A program made the position numbers and the translations under genes. A stretch of 64,000 bases of DNA. It comes from the human T2T-CHM13v2.0 reference genome, Homo sapiens. A model generated the notes under the pieces. It had not been told where the DNA came from. It did not search any database and saw only the letters and a list, made by a program, of their open reading frames with translations. The stretch lies in assembly GCF_009914755.1 (NCBI RefSeq), contig NC_060925.1. One strand, 5' to 3'. This document shows positions 49,801 through 64,000 of this stretch, piece by piece (the first letter of the stretch is position 1; each line of letters begins with the position of its first letter).

Positions 49801-50386
49801 GCTATCAGTGTTCTTCATACTATTGAAAATAGAGTCCTTAGCATTTTGGGGTCTAATTATAGTAAGCAACCAATTCCAGAAACCCCCAAAACCAATGAAA
49901 GGACTCCATCCTTAATATTCTGTTCCTCTAGAACCACTCCTGGTACCAAAATCTGTATTAGGGTTCTCTAGAGGGACAGAACTAATAGAAGATATATATG
50001 AGTTTATTAAGGTATATTAACTCACAGGATCAAAAGATCCCACAATAGGCCATCTGCAAGCTGAGAAGCAATTAAGCCAGTCCAAGTCCCAAAGCTGAAG
50101 AACTTGGAGTCTGATGTTTGAGGGCAGGAAGCACCCAGCATGGAGGAAAGATGTAGTCTGGGAGGCTAAGAAAGTCTAATCTTTTCACATTCTTCTGCCT
50201 GCTTTTATTCTGGCAGTGCTGGCAGCTGATTAGATGGTGCCCACCTATATTAAGGGTGGGTCTCCCTTTCCCAGCCCACTGACTCAAATGCTAATCTCCT
50301 TTGGCGATACTCTCACAGACACACCCAGGATCAATACTTTGCATCCTTCAATCCAATCAAGTTGACACTCTGTATTAACCATCACA
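43899..50386 (-). mobile_element. Near-full-length HERV-L provirus with MLT2A(1)-type LTRs (43899-44341, 49954-50386); gag, pro, pol and dUTPase all disrupted
   Basis: TSD GGCCC; PBS region TGGTACCAGGAGTGGTTC (49931-49948, - strand); gag (GKEWDPETWNG), RT ([27 protein letters not shown]), IN (WKVDYIGPLP, YHPEAAGLIERWNGLLK), dUTPase ~44830-45140. Confidence 0.96.
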
Positions 50387-51149
50387 GGCCCCATCCAGGA
50401 ACCTGGGCCTTATCCTTGGCTCTTTCCTCTACCAACCCCCTGGGGCAGTTGATCACACCTGCAATGTGTCAGATCCATTGCTAAGCACCTCATATGCAAT
50501 GATTTTATTTTAGTGTCACAATCTTAAGGGGGAAGAAAGAAAGAGTGAAACTATGGCTGATTCTAGCTATGGCACTTATTGGTGAGGAAATTTAAGCAGA
50601 GCTCTCTAAGCCTCAGCTTTCCTCCCATTTTGTGCCATGTGGAGCAGGTTCCCCTATCCTCATCCCTCTCCTTGTCCCCAGTTCATGAGAGATGCTTCTT
50701 TTATGTTCTCCACTCCCTTTCCTCACACTATATTGCAATGTTGCCATGTTCTCATTTTGCATCCTATGGATGCGGCACAAAAAAAGATAGATTATTCTTC
50801 TCCCATGGAAAATAAAAGCAGAAGCAATTATGATGTATACTATCTGGTAACAAATGTGTGCTTTATTTCTTGGGAAAGTTTGGAGTAGTTTCAAGTGGTT
50901 TACTTGAGCTTAAAAAAATTACTGAAATGTACGTTTTTTGTTTTCAGTTTTTTCAGTTTGTGTTCCCCTCCATCTCTGGCTCTCCTGTACTCAATGAGGT
51001 AGAAAAATTCCACTTACCACACTCCATAGGGGGATGCTGCAGGAACTGAAAGCCTGGCTAGTCAAAAATTAGATACAGATTCTGGTCCTGTGGGTTGCTG
51101 GATTTCAAAGTAAATTGAATCCTCAGCCTTCTGAATTTTCTTCTGTTAA

Positions 51150-52800
51150 AAGGCAGCACATTGGTTAGGAAAGAATAAGACCCTGAGGATCAGGACTTCC
51201 CTTACCTACAAACATGGCCCCTACTCTCATCTGGAAAACTAGTTCTGCCTTACCAGTATGTAATATATGTAATCACCTCACTCACATAGGGTCTTCCTTT
51301 CTTGAAAGAAGATACCAATTTTCTTCATGCCTCACCCCTCTTACTCCTTATTCCTCCAGGTCTATAACTAGGTCACTGCATGTCCCCTGGGTCAATAAGA
51401 CAGTTAAACTTCAGAGGAGTAGGCTTTCGCACCAAAAGACTTGCAAGCTTTTGTTAATTTATATTAGCAAAGATCTGGAAAATATCAGTGGGAATAGATT
51501 ATGAAGGTATTAGACCAGAGAGCAAGAGATATAACAGAGAGCTTTATCATATCCTATCTTCTTTGCCATCATGCTGACCTACCATAGGAATTACATAATG
51601 ATGATCTGATGTAGTGAGAAGCTAACAGCAGATATCCTAGAGGCACAAAAGTACCAAGATAAATCTCATGAAAGTTAGGGGGCCTGACACCTTAGTAATG
51701 TTTCTAGGAGTCCAGTCATTTGGAGAATATCAGCACATTCCCTCAAAGATAAATGCAATCTTGCTTCACCTTGAATGCACTGTCATTAAGAAAGAGATGT
51801 CATGCTTTGTAGGTCTTCTTGGAGATAATATACGACACAATTTGGTGTACAACATTAGCACGTTCACTAGCTATAAGATGATCAACTTTGAAAGGGGCCC
51901 AAAGCAAGAGAAGATTCTCCTGCTTATTCAGGCTACAATGTAATCATCTCTGCCATTGGCCCTTACGGCCCTGCAGACCCAAATGTGTTTGATGTGACCT
52001 GGAGCCAACTGATTGCTCGTTGGAGGTATGGCAGACTAAGATAACAACAATAGCAACAATAATGATAAAAATCTAACAGAGGTTCATTGAATGTTAAGCA
52101 GAACCACATAATCTTCAGAAAATAACTCTTCTCATATAGCTTTAGGTTTGCTATACCTGACTGATATGGTTTGGATCTGTGTCCCCGTCCAAATCTCATG
52201 TCAAATTGTAACTACCAGTGTTGGAGGTGGGGCCTGGAGGGAGGTGATTCAATCACAGGGGAAATTTCTTATAAATGGTTTAACACTATCCCCTTGGTGC
52301 TGTTCTCATGATGGTGACTGAGTGCTTATGAGATCTGGTTGTTTCAAAGTGTGTAGCACCTCCCCCTACCCCTTGGCCCTGCTCCTGCCATGTAAGACAT
52401 CCCTGCTTCTCCTTCACCTCCTGCCATGATTGTAAGTTTCCTGAGGCCTCCCCAGAAGCAAAAACCACTATGTTTCCTGTACTGCCTGCAGAATCCTGAG
52501 CCAAGTAAACCTCTTTTCTTTATAAATTACCCAGTCTCAGGTATTTCTTTATAGCAGTGCAAGGACTAATACACTGACCATGAGACACAACAAATGACTA
52601 TGCAACCTGAGCCACCCTCAACTGGGTATTTTCTAATTCGTGCACCCCTATAATCAGGTATGTCCAACAGCATTTCATCATCAAGTGGAAGTTACATATA
52701 TATAAGAGCAGGATCAAGCAGGACTTGAAAACACAAATGAGTTGCATAAGCAGGGAGCTTACAATAGCAGTGCACCTACTCCTGCTGCCAAGACCATCTC
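51150..52800 (+). mobile_element. Ancient ERVL internal fragments (gag/pol), split by an MSTA LTR
   Basis: KVRGPDTLVMFLGVQ resembles the ERVL RT motif KIQGP.TSVKFLGVQW; ...SIIKWK-like sequence near 52670. Confidence 0.6.
52162..52573 (+). mobile_element. MSTA solo LTR
   Basis: tgatatggtttggatctgtgtcccc...ggactaataca; TSD CTGAC. Confidence 0.92.
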
Positions 52801-53962
52801 TAACATTTGTGGAACCCAGGGAAAGGGTACACATGGAGATGCAATCACCATCATATGTCTGCATAAAATTATAAATCAAGCTAATAGTTGTTAAATAAAA
52901 TATGTTCAGGTATCTGACTTTGGAATATTGTCATGTGAGCATAGCAGAATGAGTAAATTCTAGGAAAGTATTCATGAAGCTGCAGGCTGGAAATTGGTGT
53001 TACCCAGCAGAATCACAAATTCCTGAGAAACTGTAAACTTCCCTGGAATGGGAACGGAGGTCTGTGGTCAACAGTGGGTTAACTTGGGCCTCCAACCTGC
53101 TTGACGTGATGGAACAGAGTTTTCTCAACACTAGACTGTTTCTGCTGGGGAAACAACTAGGAGGAAAGTCATAGGACTACATTGAAAGGGACTTGTTACC
53201 ACAAACAGGAGACACTTGCAGGAAGCACAGTGCTGATGACGAAGTGACATAAACTAAAAAAGTGTCTACAATGACCATAGTTAGAAAACGTATCTGGGTT
53301 TACAGCCACAAATCCCTCCTCTTCTGTGAAGTCAGTGCCTGGCGGGGGTCTCACAGGTGTTTGGTAATGTCCATAGTCAGAGAGACTCATGTGCTGGGTT
53401 TCTGACCACACATCAACCAAAAGGAAGGAAAGGCCTCTACACAGTTGTTGGGATTAGAGTGGTTTATTCAGTGAGACACCAGAGGAGATGAGGGGATCGT
53501 TACCTAGACCCCAGCATTTGCAGAAGAATTGATAATGAAGTCTTGTAAAAAGGCCTGGATTTCACCACAGGGGCCTCTAAATTATTGGCCTTGGTGAAGC
53601 TTTTTGAGAAACATGAAGAAATGGTGCAATATTTTTCAAATAGACCAAGTGATTGGGTTGGAATGGGAGTCATCAGTTCTGATTTAGGGATCTGAAGGCA
53701 ATGTAGACATGTTAAGCCCCAAAAGTTAGATTTCTGCAAAGCAATGTTCTTCAGGTGGGTGGGGAAATAAAGACCTCCTACTTCTAGCCAGAGAAGAAGC
53801 CCAGACCACGTGTGTAAATGGTATTGTTCTATACATTGTCCACTAATCTTCATGCATGTGGAGTGGGGTCAAGGAGTTATTACAGGTGTGACCACGCAGG
53901 TTTTATTACCTAGCAGGCCTAGTACATATGGAATGGATTCAGATAAAACAATGCACTGTCTT

Positions 53963-54306
<344 letters not shown>

Positions 54307-54369
54307 TCAGAAATTCCCATATGCCTGATTCAGGCAAGAAGCAAGCTGTTTAAGGAAAGAAAGGTAAAA

Positions 54370-54660
54370 TCATGTTTTCAAAATTATGTCAGTAAAAGAA
54401 ATCTGACATAGTTGGCTCCATCTTGCTTCTAACTTTCAAGCTGTCCTTGGTCATTCCTAGGCGTAGGCCAAGCTAATTTGGGAAGAATTTAGTTTATAGT
54501 TTAACCTTAAAGCAAGGATGGTAATAGCCCTTCCCAAATCTAAACTGCTTTTGTAAAACTGATGAGAGGCCACAAGGTTAGGATTATGATGGGGGCTTGA
54601 ATCTGCCAAGACATAGGCATAGATAAATGATATCCAGCCATTGTTCCAGAGGTCACAATA
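54370..54660 (+). mobile_element. LTR8-family 5' fragment
   Basis: ctccatcttgcttctaac...gaatttagtttatagtttaac...cagaggtcacaa. Confidence 0.75.
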
Positions 54661-55371
54661 CCCAGTATTGGCAGGGCCGTGACAAAATGGGAACCCTCAT
54701 AGACTGTCCATGGGAATATAAACACACGCAGTCATTTCAAGGTGCAATTTGACAGTATAGTCATGCAAATGTACAATATACTTTTATCTTGAAATTTTAT
54801 TTCTAGGGATACATCTAAACAGAAGCAACGCTATATGCATGTTCAAAGAAAGATATTTAAGGGTGTTATGGTTGAAACTGCTGGCCACCTACCCACTATC
54901 CATCCCTTTCTTTCCTAACTATATGTCTGGTTGTAGTAATGTGCCTAAGTAAAGATTTCCTTTTCCCAGACTCCCTTGTAAGAAAGAGAGGACCAAAGAA
55001 ATGTAAGCAGAAGTCACTTAATGGAACTCGGGGAAAAACTCTCTTCCACTTTCAGTCTTTTTTCCTTCCTAGTGTCTGAAACTTGTACATAGTGGCAAGA
55101 GATCCAGCAGCCATGTTGTGACTTTGAGAACAGTAGTCACACATGAAGGAAGAGAAAAGAATATAATGCCTGGAACCCTGATGCTTCATAGAGTTACCAT
55201 TTCGGCCACAGGCTCACAGTTCTTACTAGCAACCAATTGTATTTCTAAAGGACACAGATTTTTGTTGTAATGTTGCTTTAAAATAGAAGAATAATGTAAT
55301 CAATTCAAATGTCCTTCCTGAGGTTTTCCAGATATAGTTTCACTCTCAGCACATAAGAATCCTTACATTTA

Positions 55372-55679
<308 letters not shown>

Positions 55680-58239
55680 TGAACTTCCTTTTTCTTAAAT
55701 AAATGAGATTGGTAACACTTTCATACATTCCTCTAAAGCTGCTGGAGAACCAAATTTGTAATGCAAACATTTCTAAATGTCTAAAAAAGAAAACACAGAG
55801 TAAACAAGCCAATAATTATAAACTGTACATAAAACTTCAAATTATATCAACAAAAACTAGGAAACAATAGAGAGACGTGCTCAGTTCTCATCTAACAGGG
55901 AAAGTAAATAGATAACATTATTTTCATAGCAATCATTAGAGAAAAAATTAGTTCAAGTTATATATTTTGCTAATTTACAGGAAACCACTAGGAAAATGAA
56001 AATAGGATGTTTACCTTGAAAATCATTAGAAGGCAAGGAAGGCAAAAAAAATAGAGCCTATGTCAGTGGTCTATAAACTTTTTATGCCAGGGCTATGAAA
56101 AATAAAAGATTTTAAGCAGGCAATTCCACCATATGTACATTAATTGATTTGTGAATTGTATATTTTAAAGTATATACCAAAAAATAAACTTGTTACAAAT
56201 ATATTTGTATCCATGAAATAAACAATATTTTAATATCTTGCAGTTCATGATGGTTTCACATAACATTAGATAATACCTCAAGGCTCGATATGCATTTAGA
56301 GTTGGGATGATTATTAACTAGTAGAGGCAACTCCATATTTCCTATGGTCTTCTTAAACATTTTGAATTTCAGTGGCTTCTTGTCTAATTTAATTGGATCA
56401 TCTGTTTTACCTGATGATATGCTGATGAAGAGCTGATACCACATGTGGGAGCAGGGGTGGCTCTGCGTTTTGCTTGTTAATTTGCATTATGTATCTTCAG
56501 CCTGTGAATATCAGGGGAATTCTTTTCAAATAACTCAACCACTCTGTGTGGGTTCAGTGATATTCATGTTCACTAGATGTCAGTCATCTGAGATTGACCC
56601 AGGAGTGAGTGTCACACACTCATCCTTGGCCATGGGGCCTTACGCTCTTCTCTTGGGGTAGTTCACACACGTGACTGTCTGACAAACAGACCAAACCAGG
56701 GTGCAGGGAAAATCTTTTACATATTAGGAAGGGCTTCTTTTTTCTTATTAAATAAAAATATAAATAGCCTTATTTTCTATTTTCTTCTTATACCACAGTC
56801 ATCTCACATAACACACTTTGGAGACTAGTACCTTACATAGATAACTTTTTAAAAAATTTACTTGAAAATGCACAGAAGAACATACTGAGAGAAACACACA
56901 GGAAAGTTTATGGTGGTTAGTTTTGTAAGGCATGATCACGTGATTTTATTCTTCTGTAAAATGTTCTGTCTTCCAAATTTTGTAAACCAGCAGCTGCTTC
57001 CTCACTCATATCTGGATGCTCCAAATCAGCCTCCTTCTTGGTGAGTAGCAGAACAAGTCAAGCCACTCCATGTGGGTCTGGTGGGAGACTGAGGAGTCTG
57101 GTGTGAGGAGGGCAGGCTGGCAGCTGAGGTTTCCATTGTGTCAACCTCCTGATTTTTTGAGTGTCTTTGAGAATTGAGAGAGAGGAAAATGGAGCCAGGG
57201 CTTTTCAGGATTCCTCTAAGTTACCAGCCCCCAGCACAGAAAAATCCCCATGAAACTCTGACTTTGAAAGACAATTATTCACCCTGTTCTGTTCTGCTGC
57301 TCCAGCTGTGACTCTGAGAGCAGCGTTTGGGCCTCCAGTTTCCTGTAGCATTTGCAGAAACAACTTCCACAATCTCAGACTCTTCTCTTTATCCACCACC
57401 AACCCCCACAGCCTGCCTCCCTTCTCCACTCCCTGGCAGAGGAGGACATGTGTGGTGAATGATGGCCCAGGACAGCCTCCCCACTGCCCTGTCCTTCAGT
57501 GGCAGGTGAACTCTGCACCATCTGCAGAGGCAGGGGAGGCAGGACCCTCGCTCCTCATCTGCTGGTGACCTTTACGTGTGGTTACAAGCTGCTCCAAGTC
57601 TATGGTGGCAGCAGTGGTGATGGTGGGTGAATACTGCAGATGCTGCCTTTTGTGAACCAGGCCCTGACTTGGTGTCCTGGCCCCCGGCCCTTGTACAAAA
57701 AAACCCTATTACAATCCAAAAAGGGGCTAAGTTATACAGTCAGGCCCACGGGTCTGAACTCTGGTTCTGCCCCTTATTGGCCATAAAATCTTGGGCAAAT
57801 AATATATTTATTGAGGAAAGTTGCTTTACCTTTCTGACCATTGGTTTCCTTACCTATAAAATGGGTAGATGAATACCTAACTTAAGATGGTATTTGGCAG
57901 ATTAAATGAAATAGTGTGCCTTCGGGTCAATATCTGGCACAGGGACACAGATTACTATGTACGCGGCATTATACTTTTCTATCTTGATGAAATAATTGCA
58001 AATAGTAGATACAATTTAAAAATGGCATCATTTCCTTGTTTTGTTTGATAGTTTTGTCATGATACAATAGTTTAAAAGCAGAAAAGATTTTCTTCTGGGA
58101 ACCGAGTGGGGTGGTTGTTGTCCACAAAGATTGTGGACTTTCCTATGCTTTCCACTCCTCCTTGACCTCCTACGCGATGGTGAACACTGTAGGCACTTAA
58201 AAAAGTTAGTTACCTGTTATAAGTCAGTAAGAGAAATAT

Positions 58240-58700
58240 GACCACCATGGTTGATAAATGAGCAAAAGATATAAACAGAAGATGCATAAAAAAACAGATA
58301 AGATAAATTATCCAATATATAGTCATCTTCACAGTCAGTCAAACATTGCAAATTAAGCAAATGATATATTTTGCCTATCAAAATGACAGTTGCTCTTTTT
58401 TAGTGAGACTACTTGGTATGGTGATGGAGCAGTGCAACAGGAATTCTCATATTGTAGGCAGGGTTTTAATGAGTGAAACGCATCTTTGTAGTCCATTTGA
58501 TGTGTCAGAAGCATTTAAACATTTAAAATGTTCATACTCTTTTCCATGGTAATTCCATTTCTGGGATTTAATCCCAAGGAACTAACCAATTATGCAGAAG
58601 GGACTTACGCACAAAGAAATTCATTTTGTTCTAGTTATAATAATTAAAAATTGGAACTCAGTAAGAGGCTGAATTACATATGGTAAAATTACAACTATAT
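58240..58700 (+). mobile_element. Old L1M 3' fragment
   Basis: aaatgagcaaaagatataaacaga...taattccatttctgggatttaatcccaagga. Confidence 0.6.
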
Positions 58701-60464
58701 AAGGTGGCGACAATGATCGCTCTAGGCAAGCAATGTTGGCTGGCTGACTGAGAAGTTTTCTTGAGCTAAGAAGATGAAAAGGACTTGGTTAGAAGGAAAG
58801 ACAAAAATAAGCATGTGTTGAGCATCTGTTGTGTGCAAGATCTATATTGGGTAAGTGGCATGCATGATCCCAGTTCATGCTTATACACCATATGATACCT
58901 GTGAGGCTGGGAAGGACAGTGAGGCAGGAAGGGCCAAGACAATGGAAGCCCCTACTCAGCACCAGGTCCTAGGAAATGGGTTGGGAATCTGGCCTTATAT
59001 AAAGGTTTCTTAAAATGACAATACCTCCTTTCGCATTTAAGGAAACCAAAGCTCAGAGAGGCCAATTAATTAACTTGCCTGAGATCATAGAACTAATAAG
59101 AATCACACTAGGAATCTAGCTGCTCCAATTCCCTGCTCTGCTTGGGACTGCAGAGAGGCAGAGAGGAAGGCTGTGAAGCCAGATCTTTCAAAACTCAATC
59201 TTGTCCTCACCATCCTTATCCTCTCCACGTCACTCCCAGACACACAGCTCTGACTCTCTTCTTAATTTAGTCGGAAGGAGAATCTTGCCAAATGGCCCTC
59301 TGCTATTTAAAATAAATTACTCTCACAACTCTGTTCCTCCCTTTTTGCTCCGCCCTCCAGGGAAATTACTTCAGTTACATTTTTCAATAGAGAATGAGTT
59401 CCCTTAGTACCTTCTGCTGTCAGTCTTACCTTTCCTTTTCCTGTTAAAAACAAACAAAAAAATGCTGCCATTTCCTGGTTTGCATCAGGAAGCCTGTGTG
59501 CTCGGTGATTGGTTCAGGGAGTCCAGTTTGTTTTTTTCTTGAGTTGTTAGTTACATCTAGGCTGGCTCCTCTATGCGACCAGAGCACTGCCACCATGTCA
59601 TTATAATGTTTGTCACCATTCTGACAGGTATGTAGGTGGCAGGGCAAAGGGTGCACAGGAAAACACCTCTGCCTCCATCAGCCCTTTTGTTTGTGTGCTG
59701 TTGTTTGCCCAACAACTGCAGAGGGCCAGAAGCCCCAAGAAAAGGAGGTGCAGCTGTTCTTACTTTGCCAAGCCTTACCTGAATTCTAAGCAGGTGCAGA
59801 ACAGCCAAACACAGGCTGCATGGAATCCCACATGATGGAGGAGGAAAGGGAGGTGGCTGGCTCCCCATGCCCCTACTCACAGAGTACTCTCATCCCTAAA
59901 CACTGACAAAACAAAATCTTTTCCTGTCTACCTATCTTGGATTAAAGTAGATTCAGGCAGTGCTGGGTTTATGATTCTCATTTCTATTAAGAACTTAAGT
60001 ACACAAAACTAGTGGGTTATTGTCTTTGATCTCAAAAAAAGTAACATTTAAAGCACATGGCATCATATCATCATATTTAATCTTAATTTTTTAAGTTTGC
60101 AAGTAAAACATTTTATGGATACACATATGCTTGTGTCCTCAAGGTGGGGCACAGGATGTATTATGTACTTGAGACAGAATAAAAGTCATCTGTATCCACC
60201 TGCTCTTAACTGCCTTTCCGTAATTACTGGACTTGTTCCTTTTCCTATACGTGTTATGGGTTCCAGAAGTATAGTTAGAAGAGAATTGGAAACCAAGGAC
60301 TCTGGACTCTACAGAGATTGTGGCACCAAGTTCCCTCTTACGATTTTTCTCAATTTTGTTGTAAATTGGAACTCCATCTCCCTGTTCACAGTAAACAATC
60401 CTTTCCGTAGCCCATGAGAAATAGCTTAATAAATTTATTTACATCTAAAAGGGAGGGAGCAAAA

Positions 60465-60585
60465 GAGGGAGAGAGGGAGAGGAACAGATAAGAAGACATA
60501 CACACACACACACATAGAGAGAGAGAAAGAGAAAGACAGAGAAAGAGAGAGAAAGAGAAAGAGAGAGAGAGAGAGAGAGAGAAGA
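60465..60585. repeat. Compound (CA)n/(GA)n simple repeat
   Basis: Direct inspection. Confidence 0.9.
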
Positions 60586-61234
60586 GTCAGGCAGCTCTCA
60601 AGTATTCCAGACCATACAGAAAACACAGATCCTAATTTCACTTCTGTGCAAAGCTCCTGAAGCTCCCTGATACTGTTTTTGGTCTCTGGAAATTCCCTCA
60701 TTCCTATATTTTCCTGAACCCTAATCATTTGCCTTCTTTTAATTATTTTTTCCTGTTCAAAGACTGAACATTGCTTTGGTGGGAAAAAACTGTCTCTTTC
60801 TCAGAAGTGTTTTGTTAGAAACAAAACATTGAATCATTCCCACCAGCACATCAGCATGATCTAGTGTCTATAATCTTCCAACAATCCTCCTTAAAAGATT
60901 AAATACCCAAATGCAGAAATTAAATAGCAGAAAGTAACCACAAATACACAGGAAGTTAAAAGTTCATTTTGCTTAACTTTATATGAATATATTGAAAACT
61001 TAGATAAAATAAATAATTTTCTAGAAAAATATAATTTAATAATATTGACTCCAGAAGAGAAAAAATATATAAACAGATAAATTACTTTGTTAAAAATAAA
61101 CAGATTATTTTGTCGAAGAATATTCCTCAGAAAGTAGCTGGCTCAGTTTCACAAATTAATTTTAACCAATGTTTAGAGAATAAGTAATTATACTTTCACC
61201 ATTTTAATGTAACAGCATTAGACATATTAGTTCA

Positions 61235-61576
<342 letters not shown>

Positions 61577-62427
61577 TTATTTATCATTATCTACAGATGA
61601 TTTAATTTGTTACTGGAAACCTCAAAATATAGGAAAATTATTACAAATGATAAGAGAACTCAGGAAGAGAGTTGGATACAAGCTTAATGTGGAGAAATAA
61701 ATAGACTCATTACATGATACTAATAATCAGAAAGATATTTTGGCATCAGCAAAATAAAATGCTTATTTAAAACCTAATGGGAAATGTACAAAAGATGTAT
61801 GATGAAAAATATAAAATGCTACTGAAGAATACAAAAATAATGTCTGAACAAATAAAAACATATAGCACATTCCCCAGTAGGAAAATTAAATTATACAGAA
61901 GTCAATTCTCATGAAATTAATCTATAAATTAAATGTGATTCTAATTTAAAAATAATAGGATTTTTAAAAAAATCCAGACAAGCAGATCCTTTATATGGAA
62001 GAATGGGTCAAGAACATCCAAAACAATTCTGAAAAATAAGCATAATCAAGGGGACAAGCTACCAGATATTAAAACATGTCATGAAACTCCAGTTATTAAA
62101 GCAGTATGGTATCAATAAATGAATAGACATAGAAAGTCCAGAAAAGAAAACAATAAATGGTTTTGAAACAACTGGCCGGCCATCAGGAAAAAAAAGTTGG
62201 ATTCATAGTACATACTTCATACCAAGATAAATTCCACAAAGACCAAAGGTTTAAATGCGTCTAGAAATTTCCCGCTAGAAATGGATAGTGATGATGGTGG
62301 CAAAACATTGTGAATGTTTTGAACTCTACACTTACAAATGGTAAATTTTATTTTATGCATATTTTACCACACTGAAAAATATATCACATACAAAAAACCT
62401 TTAAATAATAAAAAATGGAAAAAATGA

Positions 62428-62716
62428 TTTTTTTTTGAGACAGAGTCTTGCTCTGTCACTGAGGCTAGAGTGCAGTGGTATCATCTTGGCTCACTGCAAC
62501 CTCTGCCTTCTGGGTTCAAGCAAATCTCACGCCTCAGCCTCTCAAGTAGCTGGAACCACAAGCATGTGCAGCCATGCATGGCTAATTTTTGTATTTTTAT
62601 TGGAGACAGGATTTCTCCATGTTGACCAGGCTGGTCTTGAACCCCTGGCCTCAAGTGATCCACCTGTCTCAACCTCCCAAAGTGCTGGGATTACAGGTAT
62701 GCATCACTGTGCCTGT
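62428..62716 (-). mobile_element. Alu (S/J) SINE
   Basis: Antisense Alu with short poly-T. Confidence 0.9.
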
Positions 62717-64000
62717 CTAAAAAAAAATCTTTTAATAACCAAGGGTGAGAAAGCCCATATGACAAATCAAACACACAAGCAATAGCAAACTCTTGAAATC
62801 ACAAAAAGTTCATAGATTTGACAACAGAAAAATAAAAATTTTCTTCATGGCAAAAATGACTATATAGTCAGAAAAAATATCACAAATTAAGAACAATATT
62901 GCTACTCAAATAATAACAAGGTAAAACAGAAAGTACTTAAAATGTTCATTAGTTGGAGGCAATAGAGAATCAGTAACAACACAGGGGAATCCTATGCAAC
63001 CATGCAAAAATTAAGGCAGCTCTTTATGTACTACTATAAAATAATTGCTCAGATTCATCATTAAGGCAAAAAAAGCAGGGCAGAGTTTATAGTATGTTAA
63101 CATTTGTGTAAAAATGGAGGGAAATTATGTATACATTTTGTTGGCATATGGATAGAATATCTCTGAAAGGGTACAGCAAAAAAATAATAAAGGGAGAGTC
63201 TTTTCATGGTCTATTGTTATGGACCTTTTGAATTTTAATCCTGTTAAAATTCACGGTTATGTACTTTATTAAATTTTTTAACATTTGAACTTTCCCTTAG
63301 CCTCTACAATCCTCTTAAACAGCTCTATCAAAAGCTTCCAATATCTCATTAAACTAAAAACAACAGCATATACGAGGCGAGCTCTTCATGAATCTTTATT
63401 AGAGAGAACAGTCAGATGGCTATCATCTGGGTGATATAAGAGCTGGGAGACCAGTGACCATGTGGTGGGAGCTGGGGATAGGGCATGGGGGAACTGCAGT
63501 ACTGTGAAGAGAGCTTGGCTTTCAGAGACCAATTAATTTTCATGGGTTCAAGCTTGAGGGTAGACCTGGGAGAGGCTGCTGGTCCTCATGGCTCAGAGGA
63601 ACTGTGGGGACTACACAGGTGGGCCAGGCTGACTTGAACCCATGAAGTTGGGAGGCTCACGGCTGGGGTGACAGGGGAGTGTGTTCCTCCAGTGCATGCA
63701 GTTGGTACCATGTGTGTTCCAGGAGTGGAGGCTACCATAACTCTTATCACAGCTGGCTTGCTGATGCTTAAGAGACCCTCACAGGTTGACTTGACTACTG
63801 AGGGCAAATGGAATGATGGGTAAGCAATTGAAAAAAAAAATGCAGCTAAGGGGCTTCAGAAACTGGAAGAAAAGGAAACTGGACAGAACACCTCAAGCAC
63901 AGTCCCTAGAGTAAAGCTGCTTGATTGGCTTAGTAGTCAACCTTCTGAATTTTTTTTCTGGCAATTCAAATATCTTGTCTTGGTTTGGATCCATTGCTGG

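Noticed and set aside
52930-53960. Possible processed pseudogene
   Set aside because: No recognisable cellular protein; weak PRPxV and GQGVITGV motifs suggest old ERVL gag/pro debris instead, unconfirmed

Overview
This is primate (very likely human or ape) intergenic DNA, judged from AluY, L1PA, LTR12C, THE1D and HERV-L content. It contains no intact protein-coding gene. The main non-repeat signal is a decayed SLAM/CD2-family immune-receptor gene on the + strand. It comprises an IgC2 exon (1506-1802), a transmembrane exon (3426-3554) and two cytoplasmic exons (3751-3842, 4126-4220), with a frameshifted, eroded ITSM-like tail. About 250 bp downstream is a degenerate exon with WAP/four-disulfide-core cysteine spacing. 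A second, paralogous IgC2 pseudo-exon lies at ~24.5 kb. The rest is an unusually dense, nested set of LTR elements. These are a Ser-tRNA-primed class III provirus carrying both dUTPase and env (16.1-20.8 kb), a Phe-primed ERV1 inserted into its 3' LTR, a complete THE1D, an Arg-primed PABL-type provirus containing a solo LTR12C, and a near-full-length HERV-L. Many solo LTRs, L1/L2/MIR/Alu copies and an LTR-derived minisatellite are also present. Repeat subfamily names come from recalled consensus sequences and need RepeatMasker/Dfam confirmation. The chromosomal location cannot be determined from the sequence alone.
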